The position numbers and the translations under genes are program-made. Below are positions 23,170-39,668 of a stretch of DNA of 39,668 nt, in pieces; the stretch's first letter is position 1; the number at the start of each line of letters is the position of its first letter. The notes beneath the pieces are model-generated. The model saw only the letters and a list, made by a program, of their open reading frames with translations, searched no databases and had not been told where the DNA came from. The stretch lies in NCBI GenBank assembly GCA_000320545.1, contig ADNK01000871.1:1-39668 (forward strand), given 5' to 3'. Origin of the DNA: Bigelowiella natans CCMP2755. Taxonomy: Eukaryota; Protista; Cercozoa.

Positions 23170-25150
23170 GTTGATCTCGCTGCATACGAGCTTGAAGCGG
23201 CCAACTTAAGATGTCATTTAGCTAGCTAGATTATTATTAGATGATTAGTTGCAGCTATCCAAGTTGCTGCTGGTGTCTGTGCATGAGCAGTGTGAATGCT
23301 ACGCCAACGTTGAGCGCATCGCAAAGGACGACAGGCACGAGCATGCATGTGCATCTAGCATATGTATACATGATTACATGCTAGATGCACATGCTAACCA
23401 TCATCGCATCATGCTGTGTTGTCGTAGTTGTGAGTGGTGAACTCGCTAGCTCTAGATCTCGTCACATCTTGCTGGCAGTTGAGCACACGTACGTCTAGAC
23501 GTGGAAGTCATCAGTGATCAGAACCGCATCGCTTGCGTTAGCCACATGCGATGTGCAGAGATCGAACCTTTCATGCATTCACACAATCAAATCTGCGCGA
23601 TTGTTGGATGTGTGAGCTAGAGCCACTGCAGTGTGCGATGCGCACACGGCACAGACTGCACACACGTAGCTAGGTAGGCGCACGCGCAGCGCCGCTACTC
23701 AACGTTGTGCATGCATTGTGTCATGCTGCTAGACTGCTGCTGCAGCAGATTCGAGCCTTGCGCATCGGCGACAAGGGTTTCATGGACGAGCGATCTGTGG
23801 CGCACGCCAGCACAGCGCCACGATGCAGTTTGCCGCCCGACCACGACGAGCCCCCTGTTGGCCTGTGCTGGCCCGACAAGGCCGCGTGCAAAAGTGCACA
23901 CGTTGGACACGGCCAAGTGGCGCTCAGCGTGTCGCGACATGGCAAAGTGAAAAGCTCACTCACTTTGCGGAAGTCTCTCAGGAGTTTCGCGCATCGCGAC
24001 ACGGCAGCGTGAAAAGCCATGTCGCGACATGGCAAAGTGAAAAGCCATGCGTCGTCGCACCTGCAACAACGATTCAGACACAACTCATCAGAACTCAAAA
24101 GTCCAAGTGAAGTCAGAACTGAAAAGTCCAAGTGACACATTGAGATCAGAACTCAACTGCGCAAGCAAGTGACCAAGCACACTCAGAACTCAAACGACCA
24201 AGTGACATCAGAACTCAAACGTTCAAGTGACAAAGCAACTCAAGGACCAAACAACAATGCAACTCAACGACTCATGCGACTTCAGTTCTCAACACGAGAC
24301 CACATTGCACCACGCCCAATGCTGCAACAATCGACAGCTGCACTCGATGCAGAACGAATCGGTTGCATGCGAGGGCGCACATTGCTGCAACAATCGACAG
24401 CTGCACGTGATGCAGAACGAATCGGTTGCATGCAACAGTGCGTGTGCGTCTCAACTTCAACCCTGCGACACGCGTGCTTCTGCACACGTGCGCAGCACCT
24501 CAGATCCACCACCGCGGCACGCTGACCGATCAGCGTCACCCATTCCGAAGCACGCAGCTTGCCTTGACGAAGAGTTCAAGGACAACAGCCCGGCTGCGGC
24601 CGTTCTGAATGCGAATGGTTTCAATGCCGCGTCGCATCATCGCACCGCGCCTGCTGCCATGCAGGCAAAGCAAGTTCAGACAATCAACAAGGACATTGAC
24701 AGCATGCCAACTCCCACGCAAGCGATGAATGCACAAACCGAAGGCGCGACAGATCCACAGACTAATCGCACGCACACAGCTAGACAGCACAGCGCAATCA
24801 CCATGGACACTAGACGCGAATTGTGAACGAATTGCACAGGCCAAGGTGCACTGTCGCATTTGCACGCCTGCGATTGCTGCATGCAACTAATTGCACGCGG
24901 TGGCAGAGCTAGAACCGAGCGGACAAAATGAACGTGCAACGCTGTGCAGATACACCTGCGATCTAGCGATCAATGCGCGACGAGCATGGTATGCAGAACA
25001 CATGGGCCAATGTCCGAGCTAGCAAGCTGCACGTGCTAGCGTGCTGTGCTTGATCACGTCGTCGTTTCGGACATGAGCTTGGTCAATTTCGTTGATTCGT
25101 ACCACCTAGCTTTTATTTGACGATTTCATGCAATCTAGCAATTTCTAGAT
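23170..25150. mobile_element. Hypermutated repeat/TE relic (island 4) with TpA-free core and internal tandem repeats
   Basis: GC-richer block between the GRP94 and GT61 stops. No TA between 23731 and 24763. Internal repeats TCAGAACTCAAA..CCAAGTGA, GTCGCGACATGGCAAAGTGAAAAGC and a ~50-bp duplication. Element family not identifiable. Confidence 0.6.
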
Positions 25151-25195
25151 AAGGAACGCTTATTTGCGCCACTATACCACAACATGGCTCTGTTG

Positions 25196-32330
<7,135 letters not shown>

Positions 32331-32599
32331 CCATAATGATGACGATGACGACGATGATGATGATGAATGGAAGAAGAAGAAGAAGAAGAAGAAGAAGAAG
32401 ACATGAAGAAGTTAGATGATTAACAACTATATTCAACCTACTACCACAAGAAAGAATGAATGAATGATGTTATAATGATGTTGTGGTAGAACAAGAACAT
32501 CATCATCATCATAGGTTATTATCATCGATATCATCATCATCGATATCATTTTCTGTTAAAATGATCATCAATGGACACTATTATATACTACTACTGCAG

Positions 32600-34567
32600 A
32601 TTCATGGATTGATACCTCCTCCTCCTCCTCCTCCCCCTCTCCTCGGTACATTGTTAGGAGCTCGATCCCAATCAATACCTTTTTGATGATGATGATGATG
32701 ATGATAATGAGAAATCAAATACATGATGTATTAATTAGTAATTAGGGTTAGGGTTAGGGTTAGGGTTAGGGTTAGGGTTAGGACACAAATACTGGCAATA
32801 TTCTACGACGATAAACCCAACAACAGTTGACCATATAGAGAATAAAAGCTCCACCACACGTTGTATATATTATTATACTACATATTATACATACATCCAC
32901 TCTTAACTACTAAAAATGATGATTGATCAGTGATAATGAAATATGTCGATGATGGTAATAATAACAGTGCTGGTTTCTGTATTTTGGCTGCTGTCTGCTG
33001 ACGAATGGCTAAGACAATCTTCACGACAATATCATCGATTACAACAGCAATCATAACAAGAAGAGAAAACACAGTTGTTCTTCTTCTATCGTATAATGTT
33101 GGAATATCATCATCATCATCTCCTTCATCATCCTATCTTTTTTTATTATTGCATAATACTAGCTAGTAACAAACAACAACCATTAGTTGAGCACTCCATT
33201 GCATCATTTTTTTCTGTCAATTTAACCCTGAAAAATAATGGTAATAATACGCGGTGGTTATCATTCGTTTGTTTTTCTGTATCGATGATTTATATCATCT
33301 TCTTTTCCTTCTTCCTCTCCTCAAGTATAAAATATATAAAATATATATTGGAACAAGCAGCATAACCAAAACCACCACTCGTTGATACATACATACATGT
33401 AGTCATCTATTATAATAATAAGAGTAGTAGTTCATCATGTATGATGATCAAAGTTCCTGTAGACAATAATAAGCCATCACCGTGCATAATCTTGTATGTA
33501 GCAAGCAAAACACTGTGGTGCTATTACTTATTACCACTACTACCACTACTACTACCACTACTACTACCACTACTACTACTACTACCGCTACTACATTACG
33601 ATTAAGTAGTGATTAGTGTTATATCATCAGCAAACGGAGAATATAAAAGAAAGAAAGAGAGGAAGAAGAGAAGAGGAAGAGAGAGCCTGTGCTAACCACA
33701 TAGCGGGTTCGCAAGCATTTCCAGATTTGAATTTTGTTTTGGCTGGTACACAGTCTTGAAGGCCAAACTCCTAGCAGCAGCAAGAACGGCAATAACATCA
33801 ATAGCAGACAAGCGAAGAGATTATCTATGTTTTTCAAAATAGAATATATAATGATGGTGATGATGATGATGATGGTGATGATAATGCACTAGCTGGTCAG
33901 ACTCCTTGTTTTTCTTCTATCATCCTAACTGATGATGATTCTCAGAATTATTTATTCATTCATTCATTTCATTATCATCACATTACTTACTCTACTAACT
34001 ATCATCATCATCATCATCGTCTTATCAATAAAACTTACCTCATTCACCCTCCCATCCAAAGAGTTACAGCACTTTTCATTACTACTTATCCTGTAGAAGA
34101 AGACATATACAAGCAATCAAGGGAGATAGATCAGTAATGCAGTAGTAGTATTATATGTAATAGTAGTACCTGTGACAGCCTCTCTGGCCACTAAGCACTG
34201 TACGACGACTACCAGATACAACAACTGCTTTTCTACTACTGGTACTACTACTACTACTACTAGCCGTTTCCTTTGTATTGGTGGTGATAGCAGGAAGGAC
34301 TCTGCTATGTCTACTCTGCTCATTCCTCTTTGAGGAGGAGGAGGAGGAAGAAGAAGGACTTTTCCCCCCGTTTGATGAGTGATGAGAGAGCGAAGTAGGC
34401 AGTGTTGTGAGAGTAGGATAGAGTGGGTTTTGACTAGGATTTCTCTCCACATGTAGGTCGGCATGAAGGCTGAGAATGGATGATGATACAGTATTGATGT
34501 TAAAATAATATATATCATGATTAGGGATTAAGGATACAGTATTGATGTTAAATAAGACCGTGATTGG

Positions 34568-34601
<34 letters not shown>

Positions 34602-35007
34602 AAGGATCATAGAATTGGAAATAGACATGATGAAGTATATTTTTAAAAAGGGAGGTACAACAACAACAACAATGACATGATGAAGTATATTTTTAAAAAG
34701 GGAGGTACAACAACAACAACTACTACTACTACTACTACTACTACTACCAATTCAGAATTAGGGCAAGCGTCAGGGTATATCCCACAAGTGAAAATAAAAT
34801 CTACAATGGGGAATTGTGTTAGTTGTGGTAGTAGCAGTAGCATTGCATTATTGCTCATGATTCATCATCCAAAATACATGAATGAGAAACTGCTACGACT
34901 TACTACAAGCCTATCTGCATACTATCTTATTAACATCAACAGACAAAGAAAAATACGGTGCTTGTAACACCTGTGAGAGAAATTGACGAAGAAATTTATG
35001 TACATAT

Positions 35008-35054
<47 letters not shown>

Positions 35055-35090
35055 ATGTTATGAGAATTATTGCGTACACACAGTAACCAC

Positions 35091-35126
<36 letters not shown>

Positions 35127-36200
35127 ATTAAATTGTAAATCTAGGTACGAAGAACATTACACACACAATATTAAATTGTAAATCTAGGTACTAAGAACAT
35201 TTCATTTATACCTACCCAATTCTCGAAATTGCTCATGCAATTATTTGTTTTCTTCATCGTACAAACTGGCTAAACTTGGCGGTGGAACAATGTAGTTGTA
35301 ACGATTTCTCTTGAAAAGTGCTGATTTATACAATAACGCCCTCCCTCTTCATTATTATCTAAGAGTGACGATATAGTAGCAGCAGTAGTAGTAGGCGTGA
35401 AAGCAACCAATCAATTAAGTCGAATGCATAGCAGAAAGCAGCACTCAATCATCACCACCTCTTCTATTATTCCTCGCGTGTTTAGCTGGTTTGTTTTTAT
35501 CATAACATCTCACAGATTGTCATAATTGCAAGGTTTCATGATAATCTAACAATATTGGATTTTAGCGGTTATGGCAACTCACATTTGTTCCTTATTCTAA
35601 TTTCGTGTGTGTGACGATTGATTGATTGATTATTATCATGCGAATAATATATTCTTCTTTTGTCTTTAATCACTGATATCTTCTCGCATCTTCATATTTA
35701 TCTCTATCAAAACCTTAAGTGGTGTTTCATGATGCATTGTCATGATATTCACAACTTTTTGAGTTTACAGAAACAGGCAGAGACAGGGAAAGAAAGGGAG
35801 GGGAAGGGAGAGAGAGCACATACACACGCGCGCTGGAAGCAATCACTGAGGCGTTGTCATCAACACCGCCGTCATGATTCATTATTGTTGTTATCATCAT
35901 CATCATCATCATCATCACCTCATCAATTTTCTTCAGCGCCTCGATGGTGATTATGATGAATGACGATGATGATGATGATAGCTGCAAGTGTGTCTTCTTC
36001 TGGTTCTTGTTGTCAATGTTCTTCTAATAAGTTGGTTGGTTCCTCCTCCTCCTCCTGCTTCTCCCTGCTGGCCCTCCTTCTCCTTAGTCGTACGTCTACG
36101 GTGGGGTGGGGGCTCCTCCTCCTCCTCGTCGTCGTCGTCGTCGTCCTTCCAGCTCTACTCTTCGATCTTGTTTCTTGGTTCTTCGCTTCGCATTTTAGAT
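32600..36200 (-). other. Probable further minus-strand exons (N-terminal part of the GT61 gene, or a separate gene)
   Basis: Unique-sequence blocks bounded by AG/GT on the minus strand (e.g. ~33698-33770, ~34040-34091, ~34170-34468, ~34748-34800) among microsatellite-rich introns; reading frame not fully resolved. Confidence 0.4.
32742..32782 (+). repeat. Interstitial telomere-type repeat (TTAGGG)6 + TTAGG
   Basis: Perfect TTAGGG hexamers read directly. Confidence 0.95.
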
Positions 36201-36520
36201 GTTTTTGGCTTAATTTTTGTTCTATTTCATATATTTAGAATAACCGGACTTGTTGTTAGATGTTTTTAAGGATTATTTTTTGTTCTATTATATTCTGTGG
36301 AATTGGTGGAGCAAGACTACTCAGATCGATTCAGACTACAGTCTATCATAAGATGTTTACGGCTTATTTTTTGTTCTATTACATTCTGTGGAATTGGTTG
36401 AGCAAGCCTACTCAGATCGATTCAGACTACAGTCTATCGTAAGATGTTTACGGCTTAATTTTTGTTCTATTACATTCTGTGGAATTGGTTGAGCAAGCCT
36501 ACTCAGACTACAGTCTGTCC
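36197..36520. repeat. ~91-bp minisatellite, about 3 copies plus a partial
   Basis: AGATGTTTACGGCTTA...TTGTTCTATTACATTCTGTGGAATTGGTTGAGCAAGCCTACTCAGATCGATTCAGACTACAGTCTATC at ~36258, 36351 and 36442; partial copy at 36197. Confidence 0.93.
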
Positions 36521-36611
36521 ACCCCCTACTGTGTTGATTGATGATGGAGGAGAAGTAGCTAGTTGTGGTAACAAACACATGCATGCCTAATTAATAACTC
36601 AAAATAATAAA

Positions 36612-37966
36612 ATGCGTGCTTTCAATATGATGTGCATGTGCATGTACGACGATGATGACGACTTAGTATTCATCATTATCATCATCAGCATCCTCGTCAT
36701 TATCTTTGTTAGTTGTATTGAACCATCAAGCAACTGCCCGCAAACCACCGTGGGAATTCAATGGCTGAGAAGACTTTGGAAAGAAAGAACCCTTCCCCCT
36801 ATCATCGCCATGATCCCTGCTGCTGCCCTAAATATAGGAGGAGTACTAACCATTGGAGACGCTACCTCCTTCAAATTACAACTATTATCTTCACCTTTCT
36901 CTTCAGTTCGATCCAAAGGCGTGAGCGAGATGATGATGATGAGCATCATCTACTAATCCTTCCAACACAGAAGTTGCCTCATTTGCTTCTTGGGACGACG
37001 AAGATCGAAGATATGATGACCGTGGTTACCAACGAGGAGCTCCTCTACTCATCAAAAAGGACAAGGCCGAGGCAGCAGCAGCATGCAGAGCAGATGTACA
37101 CTATAAGGGAAAAACGAAGGAGGATGATGTCGCCCATTCTGGTACTACTACTGTACTAACTTAATAGGTGAACGAACTTACAAATGTCAAATAAATACGA
37201 GAAATATAATGTTCATTAATAATTTATAAATAATATTCAGTGGTATTTTTTTAATATTACTACTAAGCAATGTACACTGATTCATCAGATGAAGCGAGGA
37301 GGATGGGTAGGGCCATCGAATCCGTACAGGGAAGATTCAATACCTTCCCATGATACTGCTGACCCATACGAGACAGACTCTGGAAACATGAACATGAAAC
37401 GAGTTGCTGAAGATCACAATAGAAATCTAGTTTATCGTCATATAGAAGGAGCTTCTGAGGTGCTTCAGAATCAATGACAACACGCCGCTAACTCCTGCTG
37501 CCTAAATCATTAGTAGTTGTAGTGATCCATTCAGCACCTTAAAAGAACAAACCACCTTAATATGCATCCTCCCCCCATGTGTCATCATCCATCATCACTA
37601 ACCCACCCCTCCCAAAATTAAAGGAATCGTTGCGTGAATTGGAAGAAGTGGCTGACTACGTGGGGTTGGGAGAATCAGACAAACTGGACAGTGATGCCCT
37701 AAAAGATGAGCTCAACACGTATGTGTGCTTATTATTATTATTATTATTATTATAATTCTTATTATGATCTAGCTAAATCGTAGTAGGTGCATGACAATCT
37801 ACATATAATACCTCCTACTAGGCTATATAGTATGAATGGCTCAGATCGTGAAGAATTTGAGCAGAGCTTGGAATACCTTAACTCACCCAGGTAGCTGTGT
37901 TACTAATTTGATTTTTTTGATTGAATAATGACAGCGATGATCTTATTGTGATTGTTTTCTTGGTTG

Positions 37967-38004
<38 letters not shown>

Positions 38005-38384
38005 AAGATATGGATACCCTATTCGTTATCGATTTCCATACCGTGAACACGATGACCCAGAGTTTCCTTATGGCCGTAACAATCCCTACCAATATCCACG
38101 AGCATACGTGGCTGGTAAGGGCCGAAAGGACTTCAGAGAAAAGTCACCAGAATGGTCAGATCCTGATCTGCCCAAGTGAGTAGTAGTGAGTTAACAATCA
38201 AACAAGTAGCAGTAGTAGTAGCAGTAGTAGTAGTAGTAGTAGTACCTGATGGATACAATAGACAGAAGAAGAAGAAGAGGAAGAAGAGACTTACTTCTTT
38301 TACCTTTATTACTGCTCTGTCTAGTCATCATCATCATCATCGTCATCACCAGAGAGCACCATTATCATCCTCTTATAATTGTTA

Positions 38385-38418
<34 letters not shown>

Positions 38419-38522
38419 CATTATTAGACTTCAGGATGTAGGAGATGTCGATACGATAAGGTCAGAAACAAGTCCTTCCACAGAGCTAGTGGAAGAATAC
38501 GTTCCAACAAGGTAATTATATA

Positions 38523-38553
<31 letters not shown>

Positions 38554-38800
38554 ACTTACAAAACAGATTGCCATCATGTTTGTATGCGAATATTGTAATT
38601 GTCTGATTGGAGACAACCCCTCGTCTATTATTATTATCATCATCATCATCGTCATGACTATAATACATATCCATAATTCAAACAGTGTTCGGTTACTGCA
38701 GTTAAAGGAGGAAACAGGTTTAGACTTGAAGAATAATGGAACAAAGCAAATAAAGCCTGGGGGCAATATCCCATATCTTGAGGAGGTGGTCTCACCATAA
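36612..38800 (+). CDS. Orphan spliced gene (about 8 exons), possibly organelle-targeted
   Basis: In-frame GT-AG joins: ...SSVRSKG-KLPHLL...RRMMSPIL-MKRGGWVGPSNPY...GASE-ESLRELEEV...ELNT-LYSMNG...NSPR-YGYPIRYRFPY...DLPK-LQDVGD...-VRLLQLKEE...VVSP*. Start codon uncertain. Confidence 0.75.
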
Positions 38801-39479
38801 TTATGCATACGACAAGAAGAGAGATTGTTCATGTTTTCGTTGTAATTTCCCTTGTTTCTTCAAAATTGAATCAGTTATTGATTTATTAATCATAACCTTG
38901 AAAGTGGATAAAAGTCCGACAAGAAATGAAGTACTTTAACGATAGCTGGTAATTCAGTGCACAGAAGACAACAATATCGTCTTGACTATTACCATTATAT
39001 CATCATCGTTATTATCCTTTTCTTCCTTTTCTCTTCATAACAATTCAACATTGAATGTCCCAATGAATTTGTGTGCTATGGAAAGGACGCTGGCCACTTT
39101 TATTCCAAAACTCAAAATAATGGAGCGGAGGATAAGAAATGTACCTTCATTTTTTTAAAATACTAATTGTTTGCTTTTAAAAGAATCTAGTTCTTCCGTT
39201 CAAATAGAGAAGCACCGTGTCACAACAAAATTTTCACACTGAAGATTTCGTTTTGTTGTCAAATTTTTCCTCAAATCAATAATGTTTCTTTGTCTCTTTG
39301 TATTTTGCTGCTGCAATCTCTAGAGGTACAATCTTACACGTAAGATGTTGGTGAAAATTACTGATACACGGCCAACGGACGTCCCACAAATGGTAATGAT
39401 TGCACCACACCTGAAGAAGAAGAAGCGAACTGTGGTCGAATCGCTTTTGAGAGAAATAAACGAAACACTACCGTCATAG

Positions 39480-39668
39480 TCTTCAACCAATGGCAGCAGC
39501 TGAATGCGCGTGTGGGTCATTAGGTGGCGATCAGTGTCACAAATGTGAACAGAATGCTCTGTTGGGTCTCGTGCATGCATGTGCGTGCTCGTTTCATCGA
39601 AAATCTGGTGCACCAATTTCACATCGCTTCGCCTCTCAAGCATGCATGCTCCTTGCGAACAAAAAACC
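39480..39668. mobile_element. Start of a fifth TpA-depleted island, running off the window
   Basis: Only one TA (in TAG, 39521) in the last ~190 bp; TGCATGCATG/GTGCAC-type sequence as in island 4. Confidence 0.4.

Noticed and set aside
23695-24939. Dense stack of overlapping ORFs on both strands, up to 199 aa
   Set aside because: Artefact of TpA absence (no TAA/TAG stops). The translations are Tyr-free and His/Cys-rich with no recognisable domain; at most a mutated relic.

Overview
Eukaryotic nuclear DNA from an intron-rich protist. Short GT-AG introns full of microsatellites and a TTAGGG tract suggest a chlorarachniophyte such as Bigelowiella, but the taxon is my inference. By manual splicing I find nine genes in strictly alternating orientation: an unknown gene (3' end only, +), a JmjC/cupin dioxygenase (-), an FAHD2-like fumarylacetoacetate hydrolase (+), an orphan Cys-rich membrane protein (-), a nucleoplasmin-FKBP (+), a PUF/Pumilio protein (-), an intronless ER HSP90/GRP94 (+), a GT61 beta-1,2-xylosyltransferase-like gene (-) and an orphan gene (+). 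The most striking signal is non-coding. Every convergent (tail-to-tail) spacer holds a compositionally abnormal island of repeat-like DNA. One island contains about 1,030 bp with no TpA dinucleotide at all, and the others are rich in CTAG/AGCT and poor in CC/GG while CpG is retained. This looks like the footprint of a targeted hypermutation system acting on repeats, opposite in direction to fungal RIP: TA->TG/CA plus CC->CT/GG->AG. All exon boundaries and counts were done by eye.
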